Assembly: GCA_036172245.1 (NCBI GenBank)
Contig: JAYWIR010000040.1
Location: 1,178,001 to 1,242,000, forward strand
Source of the DNA: Raillietiella orientalis
Taxonomy: Eukaryota
Direction of reading: 5' to 3'
Length of the DNA stretch: 64,000 bases
Below the pieces are notes generated by a model, which saw only the letters and a program-made list of their open reading frames with translations, was not told the origin of the DNA and did not search any database. Of this stretch, positions 23,119-36,852 are shown one piece after another (within the stretch, counting starts at the first letter, position 1; every line of letters starts with the position of its first letter). The position numbers and the translations under genes are program-made.

Positions 23119-26100
23119 GTGAGTACAGCCCGCGCGCGCGCGACCGAAGGGGCGCCCCCGGGGGAAGGGGTAGGGGAAAAAGACGGAGAGGGAGGGGGGA
23201 GGGGGTAGCGCGCGTGCGAAAGAGACCCTCCCCCCCCTTCACGGGGCGTCGCCGGAGTGAAAGCTCGCTCTCTTCCCGAGGCTGGATGTGCGCCCCACAA
23301 GGTGGGGTGAAGTGGCTGGCGCCTTCCGTTTCCCCCAGTCTCCTCCCGCTCCGATTTGAGGTGCAGGAAAGGGAAGGGCATTTCCCGGGCCATAGGTGAA
23401 GGAGGGACTCCCAAGCAGCCGTTGCAGGAGGGCTCCGACGCCTCCTCGGGAACGCCGCGTCCTCGTGAGGAAGGGATGGGGAGCAGAGGAGGAGGGAGGC
23501 CTTTCGTTCCCAATTCCTTGTCTCCTCCGCCTGGCCGGGAAGGTGTGGGGGAGGGGGGCGACGCACTCGGGAGATCCCGGTTCCCCCCCAACTCCGAAGG
23601 GAGTTGGCGAAAAAAAGATTGCAGCAGGAGCAGACGTCCGAAACAGGGAGTCCCTTCCTCCCCCGCATCTCCATCCCACGATCCGGAAGAGCTCTGGGAG
23701 CAGGGCGTCTGCCACATCCCCCTCGCTGCCATTGCTGCTCACCTTCGGGACGGGGGTGAGGGCGGAGTGGGGGACGCAGGTTTCGCGATCCTGGGGCGAA
23801 CCCTCTATGAGAGCGCAAGTAGGAGAGAAGACCAGCGGCGCCCACGGCGGATCAGGCAGCCTTCCCCGCCTTCCTCCTCCTCCTCCCCTTTCCCCGGATG
23901 TGACGTGCGCCAGCGCGCGAGGCGAAGATCCCTCCACCACCCTCTGTGGCGCCCGGGCCTGACCTGACTGGGTCTTTCCGCCTCGGGGCTGCGCGCGAAG
24001 CGGTGCTCGCAGCTCTCTCGACGAAGAGCGGAGGCGGCTCCGTACGGCGCGCCTTCGGCTGCCAGCGGCTGCTGCCTGCCCGCTCCGGAGCGGCCCGAAG
24101 CGCTGCGGCGCGAACTACTTTCCCCTGCGGAGCACGGGCGGTCACGTGCCCCCATCGCACGCGCTCCTCTGCCACCGCGTCGCCGAGCATGCGGGCCCGC
24201 GCAACAGGTAGCGCGCGCGGCGGCGCTCCTTCCGCCGTGGGCTGCCGGCGCGGCGGAACTCCGCGGACCCGCGCCTCTCCGCACGCCACGTGGAGGGCGC
24301 CACGGGGCCGCGGCGGGTTCGTGGCGCCTCCGCGCGCGAGCCTCCGGGTCGCCCCCGCGCCGGGCGCGCTTCGGAAGGGCATCTCTGGAAATCGCTACGC
24401 GGGGGAGAGGGGCAGGTTTCCGCTCCGAAGGCGCCCCCCGCTCCTGTTCATCCGGCGCCAGCTGTGCAGCGCATACGTCAAGGTGTTTTTGATTGCATTC
24501 TTCTGTCAGCTACAGTTTCCTTTCCATTCTGTTTGTTTTTTCCCTCCCTTCCTTGCAGGCTTTTTTTCCCTTTTTTCTTCGCAAAATGCCTCCGTCAGAT
24601 TAATATGCGTGCCAGATGATTGATTTTCGCCGTTCCGCCCCACATACTAATTCATCTCACACGCTTTGTTTACTTTGAACTTGTAGATTGATGGCGGTGG
24701 GAGATGATGGCATCCGGTTCCGTTCGACGCACGTAATCCTCCGCGTGCCGCCGCCATTGCAGACGGCGGCACCGTTCCCGCAAATTTTCGGTCTCGACTT
24801 GTTCCGGACGACTTGCCCCACGTAATAACGGGTTCGCTCGCCATTTGCATATTACGGGCATCTCGAAGATCTGCATTCCAGCTCGGGCGATCGATGCCCC
24901 GTTGCAAAGCGCGCCCCCTCCTTAATCTCCATGCACCACGCACGAGATTGCGCGGCGCGGGCCCGCTGATTCGGGGGCGTTGCTCGTCGCGCGCAGGAGG
25001 CGCCACCGAGCATCCCCTCCGTCTCCCGGCTGAGCGGTTCGCCGGCGGCGGCGACCCTCCCGCTGCTGCTTCCGGTCCGGTGGCCGCGGCCGGCTGACGC
25101 GTCGCGTGCCGAGAGCGAGCCGGCCCGCCGCCGTCTCCGACTCCGGAGACTTTCTGGAGCGGGATGGGAGCGGGGCGAGGCTTCTTCCGTGGTGCGCGCG
25201 CGCCGCTCCCGCGGAAAAGGGAGGACTTCGCCTCCGGGCAGCAGGCGAAGCGCGCCGTCGGGCGGGGTGGTGGCGGGACGAACCGCACCGCCGCCGCCGC
25301 CGCCGCCGTTCGCCTCTCGCCTTCGGGCGGCTTCCTCGCGGCCGCGGCAGCCGGGACGCCTGCACATCGGAAAGATCCGAAGAGAGCGGAGAGCAGGGAA
25401 GCTGAAGATCGTCGTGGACGGGTCGCCGTCCTCCCGACCCGCCTTTGCACTCCACGATCGGGAACGGAGGGATGGGCGGGTCGGCCACCGCCGAGGAGGG
25501 AGAGCGGAGGCGCCCGCAGGCAGCAGCGCGCGCGCGCGCGCGACTGTGACCTGATGCGGGGTTGCCGTATCGAGAGGTCACGCGTCCGCTGTCGCCGCCC
25601 GCGAGGTGCCGCTCACGCGACGGCAAAGCTCGGTAATGAAGGGGGGCTTCGTGCGGAGGTATCCCTTCCTGCAGCCGTCACGTCCTTCCCCCTGTCCTTC
25701 TCCCTCGCGGGACGTTCGGAATGAGGGAGGCCGCGCCCGCGGGGGAAGGGAGAAGGCGCGGAAGTCGCTCTCTGCCCTCCCCGGGGCACCCTCGACCTCG
25801 GCCAAGGAGTCTTTCCTTCACTTTTCTCTGATGAGGATGCGAGGTCTGGAAGGTGGTTCGCCGGCGCTTCCGCGGGAATTGAGGAAAAGGCGGACGCCGT
25901 CGCGGTCTCTTTGGAAACGCGCCTGCGCGTGCTCGCTCGCGGACACGCGTCGCTTCTCCTGCCTGGGCTAGTTGGAGGTGCTCCACGGCCCGCGAGGAGC
26001 CAGAAGGGAAAGGGCGGGCACGGAGGGTCCTCCTGGATGCGCTCCGCGCGAGCTCGCTCCCCGTCTCTCCCCCTCCCCTCCCTCTCCCGGAACGGGAAGA

Positions 26101-29100
26101 AGGGACCACGCGCGCTTCCGCTTCCTCCTTCTCTCCCTCCCCCACGCGGTTTCCGGGACTCCCCTCTTCCGGAAAGGGGTTTGCTTCCGCGGTCGCCTTA
26201 GAAACCTACCTGCTTCCCCGCGCTCGAGAGACCGCGATTCGGAAGTCCCGCGGGTCGGAAGCGTCGACCCTCCACCCTCCCCTCCTGCCGCCTCCGAGGG
26301 GCCCGCTGGGAATCCTCCGTGCTCGGAAAGCCCCTTCCCGGGATGCCTTCCTCCTAGCCGCGGTAGGGCAGGAAGAGGGGGAGGGACCGACTCCCCTCCT
26401 CCGTTCCCCTTTGGTTTCGGATCGCCATGCCACAGTGCGGAAAAGGGGGAGGAGGATCCCCAGTCCCGCCCTCTTCCTTTATCCTGAATCAGGAGGGAGC
26501 AAAAAGAGCCTCTGCAGGTCTCTGGAGGCCCCTTCCGCAGACGTCGGCAGGATAGGGGGGCAGGAGAGGGGGAAAGGGATGTCGTAATTCCTGAGGAGGA
26601 AACCGCGGACCAAGGGATGGGGGGGTGAGGGTGGAGGAGGCCTATACTGTGGAACAAACGATCTGCGGAGAAGGGGACGGAGGGGAGGAGAAACCAATTA
26701 ATGGGACGATCGGGCGATGACGGATCGGCCGGGAGTTCCTTCTTCCGGCTGGCAGGTCGCTAAATCATCCGGAAACGCGGGGCGGCGGGAGAGAGTGAAA
26801 GTCGGGGATGCGCGCGTCCGGACCGTCCTTTCCTGCCGAGTTCGGTCTCTCCTCCGCGCGGCGCGGAAGCGTCCCCGCGCCCCCCCGTGAGGTGCGCGCA
26901 GCCGAAGGTGCGTCCGTCCGTTTCGGAGGGCCGAACTTCGGCCCGGCTCGCTTTCGCCGCGCGTTTTTTTCTTCTTTCTCTCCAAAGGCGGGGGCGGCGG
27001 CGTTCTCTGGGCTGTTCGCCGCGGCGCGCGGGCCGCGTGAGACATGTCACTCCGTGCCGGGGACGCCGGAGGGCTGGGATGGTGGGCGGGATGGAGTGCG
27101 GGGGGAGGGGAGGGGAGAGAACCTCCTCTGTGACGTGGACCGCGCTGGCCGTGGAGAGAGAAGCGCGCACCGAGCAAGCGCAGGGGGACATGAGGAACGG
27201 GGCAAAGCGAGCGCTGCCCTCGCCGGCTGCGGGATCGACAGAAAGGCTCCCGATCTGCGGGTCCTGGACACGGGCGAGTTCATCCACCTCGTGCGGAGCG
27301 GCGAAGACTCCAGGTGTCACATTCCAGCTGGCGGGAGGTCACGTGTGTGATGGCCGTCGCGCCGCTGAGGGCGCTGCCTCGACTCTGAGGAGCGCACCCG
27401 TCGCCCTTTTCCCCGCTTTGGGCCCCATTCGAACGCAAGATTCTTTCCCCGCTTTCCAAGCGCGCGGAATTTTTCCTTCTTTCTCCCCCCCCCCCTCCTA
27501 TCCCGGGCTCTCGGTTGCCCTCCAGTGGACGAACACAAGACGGTGGCGGCGGAGCACGCGTTTTGGGGGAGCAGGCGTGCGAGAACGCGTTGCCCGCCGC
27601 GCGGGATGCGCCGCTGCCTGAGAGAGACCGTGCGAAGCCCGCAGGTGGCGGCCTCACGGAGGATAGTCCGACTGGAAATCTGAGCAGGAGAGTCGCCTCC
27701 CCGGCCGGCAAGAGCGGGCGGGGGCGGAGGGCCAGTCCCCTCCCTCCCTTCCTTCCCCCTTTCTCCGCGAGAATCTGCGTGACGTGCCTCCGGCAGCCGG
27801 TGCGTGGGCAGTGGTGTGTCCACCCCACCGTGTCTCGTGCACCCCGACTGGAAAAGAAAGCGAAGGGACACCAGGTCGAAGAGCGGTGCTCAAGCTCAAG
27901 GTCAGGAGTCTTCCGAGACCGCGTCTCCTTGGATATTCGGGGACACTAACTCCGGAACTTGGCGATCGGCACGCGTTTCTACCCGCGAGAGATGGACATC
28001 CCCCTGTCCGCCAACGTCCCCTCCGGGTCTCGCGGAGAAGACACGTCCGCCGGTCGCCCCGCGGGGAGAGGGAGATCTCTGGTCTCTTCCCATCTCCCTC
28101 TTTTCTCCCGGCTGGGGCGTTGGCCGCCACAAGTGCACCCGCAGCCGTGGAGGCGTCGTGGCCGGTTGGTGCCGAGAGCGAGTTCTGCAGGGCGACCCTT
28201 CCCTCCCCACCGCCCTCTCTTCAGCGTCGTCCTCCCTTCCGGCACGTCCAACGCTGCCGCGGAGCGGTAGAAGAGTGCAGGAGGAGCTCGGCGCACCAGG
28301 GGATGGGCCCGGGGAGGGGGCGTGGTAGGGGATGGGTGAGTGCAGCAGCATCCTCTATTCCCGCCTACCCGTTACTCCTCTCCACTTGGCGCAACCGGGA
28401 AGCGGACGCGTTTTCTGCGTCCGGGATAGGGGACGCAATGGGCTCGGAGGGAGAACTGGGCGTACGGAGAATCGGACGGGGGCGCGCCAGTCTGTCCCGC
28501 TACTTTCGTTGGTTGGCTGAGTAGGGCGGACAGGGAGGGGAGTAAATTCGAAGGCCGGCCCCATGGATGAGGGTGGGAGGTGATGAAGGCTGGTCGCGCC
28601 TTTCTCTTTCCTCCTTTCTTCCCCTTCCTCTTGCAGTTGGATGCCTGGGAGCGAGCGGGGAGAAGGAATCCTCTCTCCCCTTACCACTCCTCTTGCCGCC
28701 TCGTCTCAGAAGGGGGGGAGGAGGTAGGAGGGCAAGGGCGAGGGAGCATCCGAACGAGAGGGAGCTGGGGAGAGCACCAGCCTCCCCCTCCTGCCCCACA
28801 GCTTTTCCGCTTCCCTTCTTCTCCCGAGGAGGCACTGTCCTCTGGAGGAAGGGGAGACGGGGTTCCCCGCGAGCCCCGCCGTCGCTTCCCGGAATACGCT
28901 TCCGCCGCCTCTCTGAAGAAGGGCGATCGCCCAGGGGGGGAGACCTCGCAGGTGCTCCCTCTCCTGTCCCTTTCTCTCTTCCCTGGGCCCGCAGGAACCC
29001 CTGTGGTCTCCAGTTCTTCAGGAAGACTCGGAGGAAGGACCCGCCGAACTCCTGGGGTCCCTCATGGTTGCAAGGTTGGGGGACTCGGGGATGGAGGGGA

Positions 29101-32100
29101 GGAATCATGCGGGGAGCGACAGCGCTTTCCCCAGGGACGGCTGCGGCGGCGACGAGGGCGACGATTCGGCGGCCCGCTGGGATGCAGCCGCGCAGGACGG
29201 CTGTGAGTCGGATGGAGGGGAGGGCGGGAAACAAGGACTCTGGCTCGTTCCCCTTTTCTTTCCTCCCATACCGTCCCTGTTCCTTCTCCCGGGCGCTCGT
29301 TCTCCATGCCCTGGAGACTGGGCTTCCTGCAGTGCTCCCACGGATGCCTTTTCAAGGGCAGCTCGTCCCTCCCCTTCTTTTCCATCGCTCCTTCGGGACT
29401 CTTCTCTCCCCTTCTTCCGGCGTCCTCTTGCTCATATCCAAGGGGGAGATGAGAGGTGGAGCCTCCAAGGCCTGCTGGTGCGGCGGCAGGGTGGGTGGAG
29501 AGCAGGGTGAGGTGTTCCCTAAAACGACGAAAGTGGAGTTGGTTTTCCCGGGATTTTCCTGCTAGCGGGGAGAGGAAGCCTGGCATCCGGATGCCGTCCC
29601 TTCCTCCGAGGGGAGGAATCCCCTCGGAGGAAGGGCTGGATTCCTCCGAGGCAGAGAGCATGACCGTGGGTGAGCAGGCGGGGGAGGAAGGAAGATGGGA
29701 GGGCGTGCGGGAGCTCAAAAGGAGTACGGAGGCCAGACGGCAGGAGCTCTTGACAGCTACCCAGCAGGAGTGTCTTGCTTAGAGCTGGAATTTGCGCCGA
29801 AGAGCGCCTTCCTTCGTGAAGGGGGTAGGCAGGGAGGAGGAATCCTCCGAAGGCAGGGGAGACTCTCTGCTGCAAGATCCTGAAGGGCCGGTACCGCGAA
29901 CCTGCCCGCAGAAGTGCTCCCTCCTTCCCTCTCCGAAGGGAACATTCTGCTGACGGTCCTCCTTCCCGGCCTCCTCCGCCCTGCGTCATTTCCGTAGGGA
30001 GGACGCTGTTTACCCCTCAAGCGTGCGCGAATGCCCCGACGATAGTTTGGGATCGGTTTGGGAAGCGACCGATGCAATGAACGTCGGGAGTTGTTTCGCG
30101 AAGGGGGAAACACCCAGGCGAACCTTCCCTGCTCCGCTGCGCGCCCTCAAGAGGGAAAAGCCGTTGGCTCCAGGTCCGCCCCGAGCAACTCTGCCCGCGC
30201 TTCAGCCTCTGGAAACTCACCGCAGTCTCTGATTCCGCACGCCTGTAACGCGCACCCGTCTATTCGGGGCAACGCGGCTCAGTGCCCAAAGCCCCCCTCC
30301 CCGCCCATGTGCGGATGTGAGGTGCGCGCATGTGCGCCTCGGAGCTCTTGAAGGTGCCGTTCGCCGCGGCGGATCACGCCGGGAACCGAACCACCTGCCC
30401 AACCACCTCTCAAATTGCTCCGGAGCTCCGTATGCAGCTATTGGCTACAGCCCCTCATTGTTAGACTTTTTTTTTTGCAGCGGATGCTTAACAATGCGGA
30501 GCAACAGTGCGCATCCACAGATAGGCTGTGCTTGGTCTATAAATAGCCCAAATTGCTCTCGGGACGCATTGTTGCGCGAACCCCGCGGCCAATGACTTTC
30601 ACTGCTTGGCAGTTCGCACTGCGGCCTTCCACACTCCCACGAAAGACAGGGAAAAAAAAAAGGAGGCAAAACTGCGTTGCTGCTGATGAGCCCCGCAGCC
30701 CTCCCGCAGATCTTTGCCGCGGGGGGGAATTTCGGTGGACGACGCGCAATCGTGGCAAAGGTTCTTCTCGTCCTTCCCGCTGCCTTCCTCTCTGCTGCAA
30801 TTCGCGAAGGCTTCGCGGACGGCGACGGCCTTCGTGGTGGCCGACGACCGTCGCGAGCGCCCACGCGGCCGGAAGGAAAAAAGCGCGAGGGAGAGACCTT
30901 CGCAGTCTTGGAAGGAAGTCGGCTGCAAAGGGTCAGTCGAGATAAGCGGGATCGGGGCGGCGGCGGCGGCGGCGGTGGAACCTGCTCATCCGTGAAAGCA
31001 TGAAGGAAAGATGAGGGAGCCGTTCTCGAACAGGGAGCGAAGTCCCCAGGAGTATCGATTTTCCCGATATTTTGCTAGCCGGAGGGGGAGGGGCGGGAGG
31101 AAGATGGAGTGAACGCGCGCGCGCGCGCCTGCCGCGTGTGAGAAGGACTGTGGGAGGGAGGGGCGGAGGAGCAAGCCGGGACGGGTCGATCAAGCGGGGG
31201 AGGTGGAAAGGACACGTCTGCCGCGCCCGCCCCACGGGCAGCACCACTGCCACGCAGAAGCGCCGCAGGATTGTCTCTTGTTGCCGCCTTTTCGGCGGCC
31301 GTCCCAAGCCCAAGTGCTGCTGTTACTTCTGCTCTTTCATCCCCCTCGTGGGAGTTACCTCCTCCCTCGGTCCTCTGGACCGAGGAAGATGAGCCCAAGG
31401 CATCGTCCTCAGCGGCGGTCGAGGAAGGGGACCCGCTGCGTCGGGGGCATGCATCGCAAGCTGCTGCGCCCGGGGCGTGCCGATGAAGAGCCGTTCCTCG
31501 CCCCCGGAAGAACCCTCGAAGCCCTGCCGTGGGATCTCCCGGAAGTTCCGGCGACCGATGATGCGAAGCGACTCGGGAAAAAAAGCTGCATTGGCTGGAT
31601 GCTCCGTCGGTCCTTCGAGCAGGGACTACTCTCAGGAAGAGGGGGGTAGGAGTCCTTGGGCTACCCCTGGGGTGGCTTCAAGCCTTTGGGGAAGAACGGT
31701 CATCCTCCCCTTCTTCTAAAGGCGGCAGGCTCTCCATGTGTCATCGGTGGGGGGCGGGAGGACGTGACGCCCTGCAGCGCAGAGCAGAAGAGCGAACGAG
31801 GGCGTGGCATGGGGTCCAGGAGCGACCGGGTCGGGTCTCGAGGGCACACCCTCAGGCTTCTCCCACGCATGCCCTCTTCCGTCAAGACGTGTTCGTAGGG
31901 ACGCGCCATCCGGACCCCTCCCGTTCCCCGTTGCTTCCAGGAGGAGGCGGCGGAAAGGCATTCGGGGCGGGTTCGATCCCCCATGCATCCGCATCGCAGA
32001 AGGAGACGAGGGTAGAGAAACCCAGGGATATACTGGGATCCTAAAAAGGGAGAGCTGCGAATCCATCCGCCCATGAACGAGAGTCGAAATGGGGAGGGTG

Positions 32101-34433
32101 GGGAGAGGAGGCGGGAGTCCTGAAAAGTACCAAACAATCGAATCAGCGTAAGCCAAAGAAAATGGGGCGCGAAACCCCTCCTGGGAAGTTCGGTTTTTGG
32201 GAAGGGGAATGGGGGGACGAGGAGGAGAAGGGGAGAAAGGCGCTGAAGCCTTTCCTCCCGAGTACCGTGGTAGCAAGCGGCCGGCCGGCCGGCCCGTGCT
32301 GAGGCGCCCCTTCGGGACTGTGTGGTACTGGGGCTCCGGTCTGGTTCCCCACATTCGACGGCGCGGGAGAGGCGACCTCTCGTTTCCTGGGGGCAGCGGA
32401 CTGAACGTGCAGAGTATTCCTTGCCCCGAAACCTCGGGAGGCCCGCCCCTTTTGCGTGGGCCGCCCGAAGTCTCTGGAGCACTCGACAACGGGAGGAGGG
32501 AGAGGAACCGCAGACTCGCCTGCCGACGCTGCACGGACCAGGACGGTCCGGCGAGGAGGAGGGTGAGGCGAGCGGCGACCCTCGCACTCGCGGGCGGCAG
32601 CGGGGGAGGGAGGGGTGACTCGCGAGGTCCCTTCCCGGATACGGCAGCAAAAAGAAACGCCCTCTTACAGCCCCTCCCCTTCAGAGTGAGGAGGGGAGGG
32701 GTCACACGAGGGTGCTTCTTTCGTTTCCCAGGGCGCTGCATCCTCGAGATCCATGTCGACCCTTCCCTTCCTTCCTGCTTGCCTGGCACCTCTTCCGTTC
32801 CGTCCCACGGGGATTGCGAGCCTCCGCCCTTCCCGGGGGTCAGCCATAGCGGCGCAGCGGCGCGTTTCTGGTCTTTCCCTTCATGACCTGAGGGGACGAG
32901 AATCCGGGGGTCGCTCCTTCCCCCCTCTTCCCCCCCCCCGCGCATTGCTTCTTTCGCTCTTTACGACGGGTGGCCCCCCTGATCGAGTCCGAACCGCATT
33001 GCCGGAGGGCATCTCGCGCTGGTATCCAAGACGACGGGACGGTGGAAAGGCGGTGATATCCCGGAAGATGAGCCCCTTTCTCCCTGCTCCGCGACTCTCC
33101 CTGCTCCCTCGCTGCTGCCGCCACGCTCCAAGGGAGAGCTCCGGAGAGACTACAGGGAGCCATCCGGCGGCTGGAGACGAAGACGGACCTCTCTGCTTAA
33201 GGGCCCCGCTGCGGCGCCGGGAGCAAGAGGGTTGGGTGGCTGCTGCTCGCAGTGAGCTGCCGATGAGCCTCCTCCTCCAGCACCCCCATCCCGCGGAGGA
33301 CGGCGGGAGGCAGCTGGATGCTCCGCAGCGGCCTCGCGGAGCGGAAGGATCCGAACGGAGAGGATCGTGGAGGCCGTCGGGAACACGCGCGGGGAGGCAG
33401 AGGACCGGCGCGCGCTCGACGAGCCAATCACTGGCAAGAGCTCTGCCGGCTCGTTGCGCACCCCACGCAGAGGCAGGTCCAACAATGGAGCGTGACGCAA
33501 CGAGCGCAACAATGGAACGCGAAAAAGGCGGCGCGCTCCCTGCGGACGCTTTCGTTCGGCAGATCGGCGCGAGGGCGTGGGGCCGGCAGGATGCGCGCTC
33601 TTCGAGGCGGGAAGAACAAAGGATGAAACAAACAGCAAACAAAAAGGGCCCCATGACGGCGGTGGCTGGAATTTGCATGATTCGACGCGCGCTGCAGGCG
33701 ATCCCCACGGGGGTGCTTCGTGCATCGATCGTGCCTCGTGCGAGGTCTTGTCCCTCCCTCCCTCCTGCTCCTGAGGGAAAGCGCCGCGTATTCCGCCGAG
33801 CACGTTCGGCAGGAGGAGGTCCGTTCCACCTGATCCCCGCTGCTGGTGTCGGACCGGAGAGGCTGGGGGGGGGGAGGGAGGGAGGGGGAGCAACGCGGGG
33901 CCGGGAGCACGCGCGCAAACCCGCGTGCCCCTTGGCTCCGCAGCCTGCAGTCCGGGGAGAATGGAAAACCGTGAATATACGTGCGCGTCCTGGACCGGCA
34001 CGCTCTCACGCGCGTTTCCATGGAGACGCGTACGACGGGAATGCGATCCTGAAAAGCTTTTCCCGTTCTTGCGGGAGCGCTCTCGGTTCGGAAATCAACT
34101 GTTGATCAAGATTTCAGAGCGAGGGAGGATGCGAACGTTCCGCAGCGGGAATCCCACGGGAAGAGGAGGGGGGGGGGGAAGAGGGAGCGGAGGAGGCGGT
34201 CTCAACGGGCAGGTTGGCGCGAACAGCGCGGCACCTGGCGGGCGATCGCCACGTCAAGGGGAAAACGCCGTTTTCCTTCGGTTCCCCTCCCCTCCTCTTC
34301 CCTCTTCCCGCGCGGTCCGAACGTCCGGCTAAGGGGAACCTCCCCTTTCCCCGCGTCGCCATGGATGCATCCTCGCCTTTGCACATGAGCACCTGTTGCG
34401 TACCGATCTGCAGGGCAGCGGGGCGAGAACTTT

Positions 34434-34458
34434 GTTGCTGCTGCTGCTGCTGCTGCTG
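34434..34458 (+). repeat. (CTG)n microsatellite in GPCR intron 1
   Basis: tgttgctgctgctgctgctgctgctgtt. Confidence 0.9.
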
Positions 34459-35499
34459 TTCCTCTTTGCTCTTTCGTTCCCGGGACACTTCTCCCGGATG
34501 GAGCGGTCACAGCCTGAAGATAAATCCTGTCGCGATGCGGATATTGCGCCTCCACCTCCTTCTTCTTACCGTCTCCAGGAAGATGCTTGGAGTAGTTTTT
34601 TTTTTTTTTTTCCTCCGCGTTGAGCGAGGACGTTCGATGGACTGCAAGGTCGACAGGGGGGGAAGGGAGGGGAAAAGGGACGGCCTAAGGGCCGGGCCAG
34701 GCATTCTGAGGCCGCGGTTCTCCCTTCACGACTCGGGCAGAGACCAACCCTCCAACCTGAGGGTAGGCGGTGGCGCACCGGGAAGGGGAGGGGGAGGAAA
34801 AGGGGAGCGCCCTTCTTCTTCCCCCTCCGGGAATAAGGGGGGAGCACCAACTCCCTTCGGATTCGTGCCACGCGTGGTGGCACCCTGCACGTCCCCGGCA
34901 GGGCGGGAGCGATGCGGTGTTGAAGGGGGGTGGTCTCCCACGGCCACGTTGCCGGAAGGACCTGGACTGTGGCCCTCGGTTCCTGCTATCCTCTCCTCCG
35001 CTCCCACCCTGCCGACTCGTCTAGAGATGGCGGTCCTGGTTCGTGGTCTCGCCTTCCGGTGAGATAGGGGGGCACCTTGGCTGGGCGGGCAGTCCGCTCC
35101 TCCCGCCCCCTTCGCGGATGGGCGGCTCCCTTCGGGAATCCCTGGATGCCCCGAGCCCCGGAAGTGAGCGACGAGGAGGAGGTGGAGGAGGACCGACCGA
35201 TGCGTATCGGGTCGTGGCCGTCGAGGGGCGCTCTCTCCACCTCTTAGAGGGTGCTGGATCGCGCCCTTCCGGTGCTCAGGGCTCCTTCCCAGAGAGTGGA
35301 GAAGGACCGCCCTGTCTTTCAGTAGAAAGACAGGGTGGGAGGGGGTGAACAGGGGAGGCAGTCTCGCTCCCGCCGGTGGCATGTGAAAGGGGGAGGGGGA
35401 CAGGGCAGCCGGAGAGTCCGGGATAAGCTAAACGCGGGCATGTCGGTGGTAACGAGGGCTACTCCGAAGACCTCTGGGACTCCTCTGTTTGTCGTCGAA

Positions 35500-35889
35500 A
35501 CGACCAAAAACGGGAGGTCCTCCATTCCTTCCGCAGCCCAGGAGGAATAGTGGGCAAGGGGGGAGGGGTGGGAGACCCCTTAGGACGTGTGGTGCCTCCA
35601 GGAAGCAGCCAGGACGAACCCGAAGGTGGGAGGTCGGTCCGCGCCGAGGCGCCGCCCCTGCTAACGCTTCGACGAAGCCCTTCTGGGGAGAGCGGGAAGG
35701 GGCCAGGACTCCCGGGAAGCGCCGGCGGGCGTCTTTGGCCGGCTGGTACGGGGGGTGCCGCCAGAGACCTCGCAGGCTTCCCATCGGGCCGCCGCTCCCT
35801 CTGTCGCTCCTCCTCGCCCCGTCGGCCGTCTGACCGGCGCGGCGAAGGGGTTCCCGGCAAACAGCTGCTGGGAGAGGCCGCAGTCCTCC
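35500..35889. repeat. ~400-bp dispersed repeat, copy 2 (inside GPCR intron 1)
   Basis: Aligns with 9174-9573. Confidence 0.9.
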
Positions 35890-36506
35890 AGAACGGTTCT
35901 TTCCTCAGTCTCCTCAGCTTCCGCTCGAGGGGGGCGAGGCTGGAGAGGACTCGGTCTGCGCCCGCTGCCCCCAGAGGAGTTTCCTCGGTCCACCCGCCCT
36001 CCTGAGACCGAGCTGAACTCTGGACGCCGAACTCCTTCCGGCGCCATCTCTCGGTCGTGTTCTTTCTCCAGCTCTGACCCCTTCTAGCCAGGTTCGGAGA
36101 GCATGTCCGGGTGCGCTGGGAACGCGCCTGCGGAGGACAGGGAGCTAACAGAGTGCTTTCTTGTAGAGGGGAGGAGGGACTCCAAGGGGGTCCCTTTCCT
36201 GGATGCCTTCTTGGCGCTCCTGAACGTCCGGATTCGGTGCGAGGATCCCCTGTCCTGGGCTTGTGGTCATTTCCTTTCCCGCTCAGGGGTTCGGGAGGGA
36301 ACTGAGTGTCCTCGGAAGGTCAAGCTTCGGAGGGGATCCAATCTCTCCCCCTTCTCTCGGTGCATGGTCTCCACGGGGGTGCTCCTTCTCTTTCTAGACG
36401 CAAGACGCTCGGCTCTGACCTGCGCGACGCGCCGCCGCGCGCGGACCAGCGGGGGGGGGGGGGGGGGGGAGAAGGAGGGCTCGCGAGATGATGTCTCTGC
36501 TTGCAG

Positions 36507-36606
36507 CGTGGATGCTGGGGCGTGCCATGTGCAAGATGGTCACCTACGTGCAGGGAGTGTCCGTTGTGGCGTCCGTGTACAGCCTGGTCGCCGTGTCCAT
36601 CGACAG
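36507..36606 (+). CDS. SIFaR: SIFamide receptor-like GPCR, exon 2 (ECL1-TM3)
   Basis: Acceptor tctctgcttgcag|. Joined in phase with exon 1 it gives [33 protein letters not shown](R). Donor AG|gtaaca. This exon is absent from the ORF track in this frame. Confidence 0.93.
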
Positions 36607-36852
36607 GTAACAGAAGGAAGCTGGAAAGGAGCTCGACTGCCGGTCCCCCCCCCCCTTCCACGCCGCGGGGTCCCGCGCTCGCGCGCCTTCCCGGAGGAGG
36701 ACTGGAGCTCCCGTCCGCAGCTTCGGGGGTCGTCCGAGCGATCCCCCTCTCCCCATTTCCTCTCCGGCCCCGTCCCCCTTTCCAGCCGCTTCAGCACTCC
36801 GCCACGTCCGCCACCGCCGCCTTTCTCCTCCTGCCTCCCCGCCCCCTTCCAG

